Shown piece by piece: positions 17,253 through 27,443 of a stretch of 64,000 nt of DNA (position 1 is the first letter of the stretch; every line of letters begins with the position of its first letter). A program made the translations under genes and the position numbers. The notes under the pieces are model-generated. The model was not told where the DNA came from, did not search any database, and saw only the letters and a program-made list of their open reading frames with translations. Source of the DNA: Candidatus Zambryskibacteria bacterium RIFCSPHIGHO2_01_FULL_46_25 (GTDB taxonomy: Bacteria > Patescibacteriota > Minisyncoccia > Phycocordibacterales > Zambryskibacteraceae); contig MHVH01000005.1 of NCBI GenBank assembly GCA_001825155.1, positions 168,501 through 232,500 of the forward strand, read 5' to 3'.

Positions 17253-20200
17253 ATGCCCATCACGATGTCGAAATCTTCCCCTTTCACCCATTTACACACC
17301 CACTCCCATTACTCCCTTTTGGAAGCATTGCCTAAGATTCCGGACCTGGTCAAGAAGGCGAAGAAATGCGGCATGGAATCACTCGCGCTCACCGATTCCG
17401 GCAATCTCTATGGCGCTATCGAGTTCTACAAAGAATGCAAAGAGAATGGCATTAAGCCCATTATCGGCGTCGATTTCTATGTCGCTCTCCGCACCCGCCA
17501 TGATAAAGAAGCTCGTATAGACAACCAGAGAAGCCGCTTGGTACTCTTGGCCGAGAACGAAACGGGTTATAAAAATCTTTTGAAACTCGTGTCAGCTTCA
17601 TACCTCGAAGGCTTCTACTACAAGCCGAGAATCGACCGAGAATTGCTCGAGAGATACAATGAAGGGCTCATCGCCATAGCGAAGGAAGACCTGCCTGCCG
17701 GCAGGCAGGGAAATAATTATAAAGAAATATTTAAAAATAATTTTTTCTTGGAAAGCGAGCTTGCCATATACGACGTTTATTATCTTGAGCCGGAAGACCG
17801 CCCGGCGTTCGAAACGGTAAAGTCGATCCAGGAATTCATAAACCGCGGCAGTTTCGGCGAGGAGGAAGACCTGCACTTTCGAACCCGAGACGAAACCAAG
17901 AAGGATTACAAAACAAACCCGGAAAAACTTTCCAAGACTGTAGAAATCGCCGAGAGATGCAACCTGATTCTGGAGCTGGGCAAGTGGGTATTCCCGAATT
18001 ATGTGACAAAACCGGGCAAATCTTATGACGAGGAACTGCGCGACCTTGTATATGAGGGGTTGAAGAAAAAAAGCATTGAGGAAACGCCGGCGATAGTCGA
18101 GCGCATAGAGTACGAATTGAAGGTCATAAGAAGCAAGGGTTATTCGCCATACTTCCTCGTTACCGCGGACCTCTTGCGCTACGCGCACGGTCACAAAATA
18201 CTCACCAATACCAGAGGCTCGGCGGCAGGCTCGATGGTTACCTATCTTGCCGGCATTACGACTGTTGACCCTATAAAATTCGCCTTGCCCTTCGAGCGAT
18301 TTCTGAACCCAGACCGCCCCTCTCCTCCAGATATAGACCTCGACATAGCGGACAATCGCCGCGACGAGCTCATCCAGTACGCAAGAGACAAATACGGCGT
18401 CAACCATGTAGCGCAGATCGGCACCTTCGGCACCATGATGGCGCGCGGCGCGGTACGCGACGTGACCAGAGCTATGGGATTGCCTTACAGTCTGGGCGAC
18501 CAGATTGCCAAGCTGATACCTCTCGGCGCGCAAGGCTTCCCTATGACTATAGACCGCGCCATGAAGGAAAATCCCGACCTCAGAAAACTCTACGAAGAGG
18601 GCGGCGAAGCAAAAACCGTTATGGATATGGCCAGAAAGATTGAGGGCAATGCCCGGCACATCTCGGTTCACGCTGCGGGCGTCGTTATCGCCCCCTCCGA
18701 CCTCACCGACTACACCGCGCTCCAGTACGATACTAAGGGTGAGCAGAAAATTATCACTCAGTACGACATGTATTCCATCGAGGAAGCGGGGCTTCTCAAG
18801 TTCGACTTCCTCGGCATCAGAAATCTTGCCACCATCGCGGAAACCTTCGTGCGCTTGGAGAAAATCGAGGGAAAGATTATCAAGCTCGAAGACATCCCAA
18901 TCGATGACAAGAAGACCTACGAGATGCTCGCCCGAGGCGAGACCGAAGGCACTTTTCAGCTCAACGGCTCAGGTATGACCAAAGCTCTCATGGATTTGAA
19001 GCCGACGGTTATCCACGACATTAATGTCATGGTAGCCCTCTACCGCCCCGGTCCAATGGACAACATTCAGGAATATATAGCGAGGAAAAACGGCAAGAAG
19101 CCGATTACATATCTCCATCCGAAGATGAAGACCTTCCTCGACACGACCTACGGCGTGCTGGTCTATCAAGACGATCTTCTCATGACCGCAATAGAAGTGG
19201 CCGGATACACTTGGGGCGAAGTGGACAAGTTCCGCAAGGCTGTCGGCAAGAAGATCCCGGAGGAGATGAAGAAGCAACACGTCATGTTCGTCGAGGGCTG
19301 CCAGAAGCACGGCGGTATGACGGAAGAGAAAGCCGAGGCGCTCTGGCAACTCTTTGTGCCATTCCAGGGATACGGCTTCAACAAGGCGCACGCAGCGAGC
19401 TACGGACATATCGCCTACGTGACGGCGTATCTCAAGGCGAACTTCCCGGAAATTTATATGAGCGCCGTACTCACGGCGGAATCCGGCGATGTGGATACTA
19501 TTGGCGTCATGGTGAACGAATGCAAACGCATGGGCATAGATGTCTTACCGCCTTCGATAAACGAGAGTTTCTCGCAGTTTTCGGTAATCAAAGCCGACAT
19601 AGGCCTTGCCTATGGGTCTCCACAGGCAAGGCCTATGTACAAAATTCGCTTTGGTCTCACGACCATCAAGAACTTCGGACAAGGCATTTCTTCAAGTATT
19701 ACCGCCGAGCGAAAGGTGAATGGCAAATTCAAAAGCCTGGCCGACTTCCTCGACCGAGTGAAGGACAAGAATTTGAACAAAAAATCGCTTGAGGCTCTCA
19801 TCAAGTCTGGCGCTCTCGATGAGTTCGGCGAGAGAGGAGAACTCTTCGCGAATCTAGAAAACTTACTCGCCTATCATAAGGAGCAGCTGAATTCTTCTGA
19901 TAATCAAAATTCGCTTTTCGGACTTATGGAAGACTCTACGAGTCTTCCATCACTTCGACTTCGCCCGGGGCAACCGGTTTCTCAGAAAGAGAAACTCTTT
20001 TGGGAGAAAGACCTTCTGGGGCTCTACATCTCCGGCCATCCTCTGGAAGAGCACCGCCAGAAATTAGTTGATAAAAAGATGGATATATCGAAGCTTGTCG
20101 ACGCTCCAGAAGGAGCCGAGAAAGTCATCGCCGGCATGGTTGAGGAGGCGCGTGACGTCCTGACGAAAAATAACGAGCGCATGGTATTCATGAAGCTCTC

Positions 20201-20357
20201 TGATTTTACCGGCTCGATAGAGGTGGCGGTTTTCCCGCGAGTGCTGACCGAATTTCGCCAGTTCGTAGAGCCGGAAGCTTGCATCGCCATCAAGGGCAGA
20301 ATCTCGAAGCGCAACGGCATCACCTCCTTCGTTGCCGACAAGATTAAAGCCTTGTAG
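17253..20357 (+). CDS. dnaE: DNA polymerase III alpha subunit
   Basis: PHP domain HLHTHSHYSLLEA; polymerase core; 1034 aa. Confidence 0.9.
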   Translation: MPITMSKSSPFTHLHTHSHYSLLEALPKIPDLVKKAKKCGMESLALTDSGNLYGAIEFYKECKENGIKPIIGVDFYVALRTRHDKEARIDNQRSRLVLLAENETGYKNLLKLVSASYLEGFYYKPRIDRELLERYNEGLIAIAKEDLPAGRQGNNYKEIFKNNFFLESELAIYDVYYLEPEDRPAFETVKSIQEFINRGSFGEEEDLHFRTRDETKKDYKTNPEKLSKTVEIAERCNLILELGKWVFPNYVTKPGKSYDEELRDLVYEGLKKKSIEETPAIVERIEYELKVIRSKGYSPYFLVTADLLRYAHGHKILTNTRGSAAGSMVTYLAGITTVDPIKFALPFERFLNPDRPSPPDIDLDIADNRRDELIQYARDKYGVNHVAQIGTFGTMMARGAVRDVTRAMGLPYSLGDQIAKLIPLGAQGFPMTIDRAMKENPDLRKLYEEGGEAKTVMDMARKIEGNARHISVHAAGVVIAPSDLTDYTALQYDTKGEQKIITQYDMYSIEEAGLLKFDFLGIRNLATIAETFVRLEKIEGKIIKLEDIPIDDKKTYEMLARGETEGTFQLNGSGMTKALMDLKPTVIHDINVMVALYRPGPMDNIQEYIARKNGKKPITYLHPKMKTFLDTTYGVLVYQDDLLMTAIEVAGYTWGEVDKFRKAVGKKIPEEMKKQHVMFVEGCQKHGGMTEEKAEALWQLFVPFQGYGFNKAHAASYGHIAYVTAYLKANFPEIYMSAVLTAESGDVDTIGVMVNECKRMGIDVLPPSINESFSQFSVIKADIGLAYGSPQARPMYKIRFGLTTIKNFGQGISSSITAERKVNGKFKSLADFLDRVKDKNLNKKSLEALIKSGALDEFGERGELFANLENLLAYHKEQLNSSDNQNSLFGLMEDSTSLPSLRLRPGQPVSQKEKLFWEKDLLGLYISGHPLEEHRQKLVDKKMDISKLVDAPEGAEKVIAGMVEEARDVLTKNNERMVFMKLSDFTGSIEVAVFPRVLTEFRQFVEPEACIAIKGRISKRNGITSFVADKIKAL

Positions 20358-20366
20358 GATGTAGTT

Positions 20367-22088
20367 ATGAGTAAAATTGAGGAAAAAAGGCATTCTCTCG
20401 CCCATCTTCTGGCGGCGGCGGTTTTGGAACTATACCCCGGGACCAAGAACACTATTGGCCCGTCTATAGACAACGGCTTCTATTACGATTTCGAATTCCC
20501 CTCTCCTATAAGTGACACAAACCTCAAGGAAATTGAGAAGAAGATGAAGAAACTTTCGAATTCCTGGAAGAGTTTTGAGAAAAAGGATGTTTCCGCAGAG
20601 GAAGCTCGAGAACATTTCAAAGATAATCCATACAAGCTCGAACTAATCGGGGAAATTATTTCTAAGGGAGAACCTCTGACTCTATACACTTCAGGCAGCT
20701 TCACCGATCTTTGTCGTGGCGGGCACGTCGAAGATATGCGGGAAGTGGACAACGACGCTTGGAAGCTTTCCCACATTGCCGGTGCCTACTGGCGCGGCAA
20801 TGAGAAGAACAAAATGCTCACCCGCATTTATGGCTTGGCTTTCGATACGAAAGAAGAATTGGATACGTATGAGAAAATGATTGAAGAAGCCAAAAGGAGA
20901 GATCATAGAAAACTGGGGGCGGAACTCAACCTGTTTTCAGTAGATGACCGTCTAGGTCAAGGTCTTATATTATGGCACCCGAAGGGCGGCATCATCCGTA
21001 AAGAAATCGAGGATTATGAGAGAGAGCTTGTCTTGAAACATGGATATGATTTAGTCTATACACCACACATTGCTAGCGAGAAACTCTTCATTGAATCTGG
21101 ACATTTGGAAAATTACATCGACAGCATGTACGGCTCAATAGAGATTGAAGGGGAAAAATATCGACTCAAGCCAATGAATTGCCCTGGGCATATTTGCATT
21201 TACCAGGCACGGGTGCATTCCTATCGTGATTTGCCATTGCGCTTCGCTGAATTCGGTACGGTTTACCGCTATGAACTAAGCGGTACGCTCCAAGGCCTCT
21301 TGCGTGTACGCGGATTTACACAAGATGATGCTCACATCTTCTGCACACCGGAACAAGTAGAAAATGAGGTTAAGGAACTGCTCTCTTTGGTTGACGAAAT
21401 GCTCAAGACTTTTCGCTACCCTTACTCTATCGAGCTTTCAACAAAGCCTGAAAAGGCCATGGGTTCAAAAGAAACCTGGGACAAAGCGGAACAGTTACTC
21501 AAATCAGTTTTGGAAAAGGAGGGCAAGGAATACACCGTCGACGCTGGAGGAGGTGCTTTCTACGGGCCAAAATTGGACTTCAAGCTCATTGATTCTCTCG
21601 GACGAAAATGGCAGGGTCCAACTGTCCAACTTGATTTCAACTTGCCGGAAAGATTTAAGATGGAATATATCGGATCGGATGGAAAAGCTCATAGGCCAGT
21701 AATGCTACACCGAGTATTAGTAGGCTCAATGGAGCGATTCTTCGGTGGTCTTATCGAGCACTACGCCGGTGCATTCCCTCTCTGGCTCTCCCCGGTACAG
21801 GTTAAGGTTTTACCTATCGGCGAGGGACACTTCGCTTACGCGACAGAAGTTCTGGACAAGATGAAAACCGCTGGCATTCGCGCCGAACTCGACGTCTCCG
21901 ACGAAACTCTGGGCAAGAAGATTCGCAACGTGAAGACCGAAAAAATTCCTTACGCTCTGGTCATCGGCGACAAAGAGGTGGCGGACAAAAAAGTGACTGT
22001 CGAGAGCCGCGACCGAGACAATGAAGGAGTACAAGAAGTCGAAACGCTGATTGAAAAGTTGAAAACAGAAATCAAAGAGAAAAAATAA
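20367..22088 (+). CDS. thrS: threonine--tRNA ligase
   Basis: Class II core (HRKLGAELNLF, FRYELSGTLQGLLRVRGFTQDDAHIF), anticodon-binding C-terminus. Confidence 0.9.
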   Translation: MSKIEEKRHSLAHLLAAAVLELYPGTKNTIGPSIDNGFYYDFEFPSPISDTNLKEIEKKMKKLSNSWKSFEKKDVSAEEAREHFKDNPYKLELIGEIISKGEPLTLYTSGSFTDLCRGGHVEDMREVDNDAWKLSHIAGAYWRGNEKNKMLTRIYGLAFDTKEELDTYEKMIEEAKRRDHRKLGAELNLFSVDDRLGQGLILWHPKGGIIRKEIEDYERELVLKHGYDLVYTPHIASEKLFIESGHLENYIDSMYGSIEIEGEKYRLKPMNCPGHICIYQARVHSYRDLPLRFAEFGTVYRYELSGTLQGLLRVRGFTQDDAHIFCTPEQVENEVKELLSLVDEMLKTFRYPYSIELSTKPEKAMGSKETWDKAEQLLKSVLEKEGKEYTVDAGGGAFYGPKLDFKLIDSLGRKWQGPTVQLDFNLPERFKMEYIGSDGKAHRPVMLHRVLVGSMERFFGGLIEHYAGAFPLWLSPVQVKVLPIGEGHFAYATEVLDKMKTAGIRAELDVSDETLGKKIRNVKTEKIPYALVIGDKEVADKKVTVESRDRDNEGVQEVETLIEKLKTEIKEKK

Positions 22089-22096
22089 AACGATGA

Positions 22097-22130
22097 GGGC
22101 GGTCCGGCTACTAAGCCGGACCGCCCTTTG
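22097..22130. terminator. bidirectional rho-independent terminator
   Basis: GGGCGGTCCGGCTactaAGCCGGACCGCCC followed by TTTG; preceded by an A-run on the other side. Confidence 0.6.
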
Positions 22131-22137
22131 CGCTGCT

Positions 22138-22335
22138 TTACATGTGAAGAATCCTCTCGACGACGCTCGAGACGTCGAAGCCCGTGCCCGGGCTCAGAAA
22201 TTCGACCACGAGTAACGCCACGACCGCCCCCAGAAATCCCACGGCGGTGTAAGCTGCGATATCTTCCGCCCTATCCCAAACCATATGCTGCCTCCAATCC
22301 TCTTTAACTATACACCCAAATTTATAAAAAGTCAA
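22138..22335 (-). CDS. small hypothetical membrane protein
   Basis: 65-aa ORF with one hydrophobic helix; weak support. Confidence 0.25.
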   Translation of the reverse strand: MTFYKFGCIVKEDWRQHMVWDRAEDIAAYTAVGFLGAVVALLVVEFLSPGTGFDVSSVVERILHM

Positions 22336-22346
22336 GTTGTTCTCTT

Positions 22347-22380
22347 ACACAATAACCCTACGACCGTTTGCTTATTGTGT
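22347..22380. repeat. quasi-palindromic repeat upstream of PaaX-like paralog 2 (partner 22976-23012)
   Basis: ACACAATAACCCTACGACCGTTTGCTTATTGTGT versus ACACATAATAAGCTTACGACCGTTGGCTTATTATGTG; direct repeats with inverted ends. Confidence 0.8.
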
Positions 22381-22403
22381 AGTAAGATGTAAATTAAAGA
22401 AAA

Positions 22404-22976
22404 ATGGGAAAGCTAGAAGAAATCAGTAAGAAAAATACCCGAAAGACGAGAATCCACGAAACTCTCCTTCTTGCGCTAGTCTCGGGCGGAAGAAGGGGTG
22501 GAGATATACTGATAAGGCAAGTGGTTGATTCACTTCTTAAAACCGACTTCTCCCTCACTTCCCCACGCATAAGCGACACAGTGAAGTCTGCTGCGCAACG
22601 CTTGAGCCGGAGAGGTTTAATAGCATTCGAGGACGGACATTACTCACCCACCGTAAGCGGGAAGAAACTATTGGCAAAATGGCAGAGAACAAATTATAAA
22701 ATCAAAATCCCGAAAAAATGGGACAAGAAGTGGCGGGTGATCATTTTTGACATACCTGAGAAGAAACGGAAAATCCGCGATCACATCAGAGAAATACTTA
22801 TTGCCACCGGGTTCATTCGGTTACAGGACAGCGTATGGGTATACCCATATGACTGTGAGGATGTAATCGGGCTTATAAAAACAGAACTGCGAATCGGTCG
22901 GTATCTTTTGTATATGATCGTCGACCAGATCGAGGACGACCGGTTCCTACGAATGGATTTCGACCTCATTCGCTAA
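22404..22976 (+). CDS. PaaX-family regulator-like protein (wHTH plus Cas2-like C-domain), paralog 2
   Basis: WRVIIFDIPEKKRKIRDHIREILIATGFIRLQDSVWVYPYDCEDVIGL; paralog of 11345-11911. Confidence 0.7.
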   Translation: MGKLEEISKKNTRKTRIHETLLLALVSGGRRGGDILIRQVVDSLLKTDFSLTSPRISDTVKSAAQRLSRRGLIAFEDGHYSPTVSGKKLLAKWQRTNYKIKIPKKWDKKWRVIIFDIPEKKRKIRDHIREILIATGFIRLQDSVWVYPYDCEDVIGLIKTELRIGRYLLYMIVDQIEDDRFLRMDFDLIR

Positions 22977-23012
22977 CACATAATAAGCTTACGACCGTTG
23001 GCTTATTATGTG
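22976..23012. repeat. quasi-palindromic repeat immediately downstream of the PaaX-like paralog 2 stop codon
   Basis: See 22347-22380. Confidence 0.8.
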
Positions 23013-23063
23013 GATGAGGTTTAAAAAATAATTACATATATAATTACGTAATTAAATATGTGG

Positions 23064-23104
23064 AAAGGGCGAAGCCACCGAAGTGACTCCGCCCTTTTGT
23101 CTTG
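23064..23104. terminator. hairpin plus T-tract, probable bidirectional terminator
   Basis: AAAGGGCGaagccaccgaagtgactcCGCCCTTTTGTCTTGTT. Confidence 0.5.
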
Positions 23105-23116
23105 TTGCCGACGCCA

Positions 23117-23482
23117 TCAGCGGTCGGCGGGAACGATCTTGATGGGAACGCCCCTCGCCGTGACGACACCCGCCTTGATCTCGCTGGAGCATCCTCGCTC
23201 CGAGCTCACGTTCCCCGCTGAGGTCGTGTAGCAAGGATTGAGCGCGCGTTCCAAGTGCTCGGGTTTGAGTCCAGGAACATCAAGTTCATACCAGCTGCGG
23301 GCGTTAACGGCAACCCACCCCGCTTCCTGCCACTGGGCAACCTCGACCTTGAGCGCGACGTTCTCCTGCTTGAGTGCCTTACTCTCAGTCTCCGCTTGAT
23401 CAGCCTTGTACGCTGCCCAGGAAGCGGTTACACACACGACCAGGAACACGACCAACAACGTATTGAATTCGTTTTTTCTCAT
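23117..23482 (-). CDS. hypothetical secreted/membrane-anchored protein with coiled-coil segment
   Basis: N-terminal hydrophobic anchor LLVVFLVVCVTASWAAY, then a coiled-coil-like KALKQENVALKVEVAQWQ. Confidence 0.45.
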   Translation of the reverse strand: MRKNEFNTLLVVFLVVCVTASWAAYKADQAETESKALKQENVALKVEVAQWQEAGWVAVNARSWYELDVPGLKPEHLERALNPCYTTSAGNVSSERGCSSEIKAGVVTARGVPIKIVPADR

Positions 23483-23554
23483 CGTTCATCTCCCGTTGAG
23501 TTAACTCAGCAGAATCTCAGTCTTTTTTTATTATACAGTCAGATAGTATAGAAG

Positions 23555-24913
23555 TCAAGACTTCGGTTTAAGAGTCGGGAAGAGAATCACTTCTTTGATA
23601 TTTTTTACATCCGTGAGAATCATGACCATGCGGTCAATGCCAATGCCGATACCGCCGTTCGGAGGCATGCCGTATTCCATGGCTTCCAGATATTCGAGGT
23701 CGGATGGCGAGATATTCTTCTCTCCCTTCGCTCCCTTCTTGTCTTCTTCTAAATAACGTTCTTTCTGGTCCACTGGATTATTGAGTTCCGAAAACGCATT
23801 CACCAGTTCGACGCCCGCAATCACAAGCTGGAAGCGGTCAATCAGTTCCGGGTTATCTTCTTTGCGCTTCGCGAAAGGATTGAAAGATACCGGATAATCA
23901 ATAATAAAAGTTGGCTGGATGAGAGAGGGGCGAATTTCCTTTTTGTATACTTCATCAGTCAAACCCTCCGGCCATACCATAACCTTGAAATCCGGCTCCA
24001 TGTCTATCGTCTGCCCTTGATACTCGAATTGCATCTTGCCGAAAAGATTCTTGACCACGTATTTAAACAATTTCTCGATAAATTCTCTCTGACCCTTGGC
24101 GTCAGTGTAAGCTTCGTTTGATTCGAGCATCGTAAATTCCGGATTGTGAGATGTGTCTATACCTTCGTTTCTAAATCGTTTGCCTATCTCAAAAACCTTA
24201 TCGAATCCTCCCCCCAAAAGCATCTTGAGATAAAGCTCCTGCGCGATAGGCAGGTAGAAATCCATGTCGAGCGCGTTGTGATGCGTCGTGAAGGGCTCCG
24301 CGGTGGCACCGCCCGCCAAGGGCTGGAGATTCGGCAGGTCAACTTCTATATAACCGTTATCGATATAAAATTTTCGTATAAGTTCTACGATTTTCGAACG
24401 CTTGATGAATCTTTCTTTCACCTCCGGATTGGAGAGTAGGTCCAGATAACGTTTGCGAAACCGTTCTTCCACATCTTGAAGTCCATGCCACTTTTCGGGC
24501 AGTGGCAGGAGTGACTTGGAGAGCATCTTCACCTCCTCCGCGAGGATGGTCTTCTCGTTCTGCTTGGTGAGGAAGAGCGTGCCGCGAATTTCCGCGAAAT
24601 CGCCAATGTCAAAAGCTTTCTCGAAGAGTTCGAAATTCTTTTCCGGTATCGGGTCATCTTTCTTCAGGAGTGCCTGGAAGCGGCTTGTGCCGTCGTCGAA
24701 ATCGAAGAAGGCGATCTTCCCTTGCGCACGCAAAGACACGATGCGTCCGGCAAGCGTCACCGCCTCGCCGTCTGTAAGCTCGTCGAACTTCGCCTTGGCT
24801 TCGGAGTTGGTGTGTGTGCGACCGGTGGAAACCGGGTACGGGTTAATACCCTTCGAGATAAGAGAGTTTAGTTTCTCGAGTCTTGCGGCCCGGATTTCAT
24901 CTAATGAAGCCAT
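23555..24913 (-). CDS. lysS: lysine--tRNA ligase (class II)
   Basis: OB-fold N-domain; class II motifs FRNEGIDTSHNPEFTMLE and GGIGIGIDRMVMIL. Confidence 0.9.
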   Translation of the reverse strand: MASLDEIRAARLEKLNSLISKGINPYPVSTGRTHTNSEAKAKFDELTDGEAVTLAGRIVSLRAQGKIAFFDFDDGTSRFQALLKKDDPIPEKNFELFEKAFDIGDFAEIRGTLFLTKQNEKTILAEEVKMLSKSLLPLPEKWHGLQDVEERFRKRYLDLLSNPEVKERFIKRSKIVELIRKFYIDNGYIEVDLPNLQPLAGGATAEPFTTHHNALDMDFYLPIAQELYLKMLLGGGFDKVFEIGKRFRNEGIDTSHNPEFTMLESNEAYTDAKGQREFIEKLFKYVVKNLFGKMQFEYQGQTIDMEPDFKVMVWPEGLTDEVYKKEIRPSLIQPTFIIDYPVSFNPFAKRKEDNPELIDRFQLVIAGVELVNAFSELNNPVDQKERYLEEDKKGAKGEKNISPSDLEYLEAMEYGMPPNGGIGIGIDRMVMILTDVKNIKEVILFPTLKPKS

Positions 24914-24925
24914 GAAGCTATGAAG

Positions 24926-25393
24926 CTATTTAATGTCGATAATCTTATACGACATTGTACCACTTGGCGTTTCGAATGAGAACGTGTCCCCCTTCTTCTT
25001 ACCGAGAGCGGCTTGGCCCAAGGGAGAACGCGTCGAGATAAGGCCCTTGGCGGCATCGGCCTCTTCCGAACCCACGATGGTAAGAGATTTATTGGTTTTA
25101 TCCGACTCACGCTCGACGATGATGGCCGACCCGACGCTCACCAGGTTGGTATTCTGCGTCGAGACAATGGAAGCAGTTTTCAGAATTTTCTCGAGCCTGT
25201 TGATTCTGTCCTCGAGCACCGCCTGGCTGTCGCGAGCCTCTTGATACTCATGATTCTCCGAGAGGTCGCCAAGAGATTTGGCATATTCGAGCGCGTCCGC
25301 AATTTCCTTGCGCTTGACGGTTTTCAAATGATTCAGCTCTTTTTCCAGCTCGGCGAACTTGTCTTTTGTCAGATATTCTTGGCTTACCTCCAT
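24926..25393 (-). CDS. greA: transcription elongation factor GreA
   Basis: N-terminal coiled coil plus C-terminal FKBP-like fold; sequence typical of GreA. Confidence 0.85.
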   Translation of the reverse strand: MEVSQEYLTKDKFAELEKELNHLKTVKRKEIADALEYAKSLGDLSENHEYQEARDSQAVLEDRINRLEKILKTASIVSTQNTNLVSVGSAIIVERESDKTNKSLTIVGSEEADAAKGLISTRSPLGQAALGKKKGDTFSFETPSGTMSYKIIDIK

Positions 25394-25456
25394 GTTTCTA
25401 TAACTATTAATATAATGGCAAGTAATGATACACCCAATCCTTTTAAAAGCAATGCA

Positions 25457-27181
25457 CTACTGTTGAAAATATTCCGACGCGTAAATGGATATCCAGTCGA
25501 AAACCTGACGCATAACGGAGGTGGCACCCATGGTATTCGTCGCCGGTCCTCTCTCCATGATGACAGCCCAGGCGTAGCGGGGATTATCGTATGGGAAGAA
25601 GCCTACGGACCATGAGTGGACATATTTCTTGCCGGCTCCTATCTCGGCCGTGCCGGTTTTTGCCGCCGCTTCGACATAGGGCACATTGAGGCCTATTGAG
25701 GTACCGTAGGTTACGCTCTGACGCAAGCCCTCATGCACGACACGCCAATCGGCGCCAGCAAACGGGACAGTCCTCACAACCGGCTCAGGCGCTCCGCCGG
25801 AGAGGAGCGAGGGCTTAAGCACCTTTCCCTTGTTGGCAATGGCGGCCATGAAGCGGACAGCCGAAAGGGGCGTTATCTGGGTGCCGTATTGACCGATAGA
25901 GGTGATGAGGGTATCGCCCAAACGCCAGATATCGCCGTCGAATTTCTCCGCCTTCCATTCTGGGGTAGGGATAAGCCCCGCAACTTCCCCCGGTAATTCC
26001 AAACCGGTCGGCTCTTCAAGCGCAAACATTTCGAAATATTTGTCGATAAGCCCAATTCCCAATCCTTTCTGCCCGCCGAATCCCCCACCGATAGAATAGA
26101 AGTAGGTGTCGGAAGACACTGCCAAAGCTTCTCTCATGGCCGTCCAGCCATGCACCTTCCAATCGCCGAAGATTGTAGGCTTCGACGGGTCATAAGGATT
26201 CGGCACCGTGATTGAACCTGTGCTTAAAATTTCCTTATCCGGGGAAATGATTTTTTCGTTTAACGCGGCTAGAGCGAGAATCGGTTTGACTATGGACCCG
26301 GGGGTGTAAAGGCCGCCAATGGCGCGATTGAGGAATGGCTTGGCAGGATTATTTATAAGCGTGGCAAAAGTGTTCTGGTCAACGCCTTGGGTAAGCGCGT
26401 TCTGGTCATACTCCGGATAACTCGTGAGCGCGAGGATCTCTCCAGTCGTAACATTCATGATGACGCCGGCGCCACCGACAAAGCCGCCCGACCTGGCAAG
26501 CGCCTTGATTGCTTTGTACATCGCCTCCGTAATCCCGGAGTCGATAGAGAGAACAAGTGTTTCGCCATCCACGGGCTTTTCGACAATGCTCTCGGAGGTA
26601 ATTCCCCCCATGACATCCGTCTCGACAAGCCTCTCGCCATTTTTGCCCTTAAGCACGCCGTCGAAGGCGCGCTCCGCTCCATCACGCGGTCTGTATTCGG
26701 TTTCGTAATAAATTCCCGAACTGTCTCTCATGGGGTACTTAACATAGCCGACCGTGTGAGCAAGACCTTCTATCGGCGCATAGCGCCGACCAGCAAAATC
26801 GCTCTCGGAGCTTTTGATATCGTTGGTAGCAAGCTCCGTGCCGTTTCTGTCAGTGATAATGCCCCTGTTGGCAAAAATGAATGTCTCTTCAAGCCTGTTT
26901 TGATCTGATATTTGCGCGTAGATCTCTCCGTCCTTAACTCCCAAAAACCAAAGCTTGCCCGCGAGTATTACTATCAAGAGAATTAACGTCATTTTCACGA
27001 TAGTGAAAGTGACGTTCCCCATCGGACGCTCGATTCTCCCCTCCAACGCGTACTCGTCGAAGCCTGGAAGATTGGTTGAATCAAGAAATATATCTTCGGG
27101 ATTGATATCGCGGTATTTCTTGCCGACAGGAGAACGGATATGCAGGCCCTTTTTGATATTTTTCCAGATGCGTCTATGCAT
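25457..27181 (-). CDS. mrdA: penicillin-binding protein 2 (peptidoglycan D,D-transpeptidase)
   Basis: N-terminal TM segment; transpeptidase motifs SIVKP (SxxK) and KTGTA; lies next to mreBCD. Confidence 0.85.
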   Translation of the reverse strand: MHRRIWKNIKKGLHIRSPVGKKYRDINPEDIFLDSTNLPGFDEYALEGRIERPMGNVTFTIVKMTLILLIVILAGKLWFLGVKDGEIYAQISDQNRLEETFIFANRGIITDRNGTELATNDIKSSESDFAGRRYAPIEGLAHTVGYVKYPMRDSSGIYYETEYRPRDGAERAFDGVLKGKNGERLVETDVMGGITSESIVEKPVDGETLVLSIDSGITEAMYKAIKALARSGGFVGGAGVIMNVTTGEILALTSYPEYDQNALTQGVDQNTFATLINNPAKPFLNRAIGGLYTPGSIVKPILALAALNEKIISPDKEILSTGSITVPNPYDPSKPTIFGDWKVHGWTAMREALAVSSDTYFYSIGGGFGGQKGLGIGLIDKYFEMFALEEPTGLELPGEVAGLIPTPEWKAEKFDGDIWRLGDTLITSIGQYGTQITPLSAVRFMAAIANKGKVLKPSLLSGGAPEPVVRTVPFAGADWRVVHEGLRQSVTYGTSIGLNVPYVEAAAKTGTAEIGAGKKYVHSWSVGFFPYDNPRYAWAVIMERGPATNTMGATSVMRQVFDWISIYASEYFQQ

Positions 27182-27443
27182 ATGCTCTTATGCGGCGGCG
27201 AATCGGTAATATGATAACCGCCAAAGATAAGCTAAAAAAAGCGAAGGTGGAAAAAATCGAAAAGAAGGAATGTATCTCCGAGCCGTATAAGGCATCGATG
27301 AGAAAACCGGCAAATACGCCCTCCCAAAAGAAGGGAAAAACAACTATGACCACAGCGAGAAACGGAATATAAACATAATAAGGTAGAAAAATGATGGCGA
27401 GAATCAGAGCGGCAAGAGTTATATAGCGACGCTTATTTATCAT
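27174..27443 (-). CDS. mreD: putative rod shape-determining protein MreD (short)
   Basis: 89-aa polytopic hydrophobic protein between mreC and mrdA. Confidence 0.45.
   Translation of the reverse strand: MINKRRYITLAALILAIIFLPYYVYIPFLAVVIVVFPFFWEGVFAGFLIDALYGSEIHSFFSIFSTFAFFSLSLAVIILPIRRRIRAYA

Noticed and set aside
17598-18671. 357-aa antisense ORF inside dnaE, and similar long antisense ORFs (45883-46800 in rpsA, 12103-13088 in smc, 35680-36169)
   Set aside because: They lie opposite strongly supported conserved genes, have low-complexity or atypical composition, and no RBS; typical shadow ORFs.
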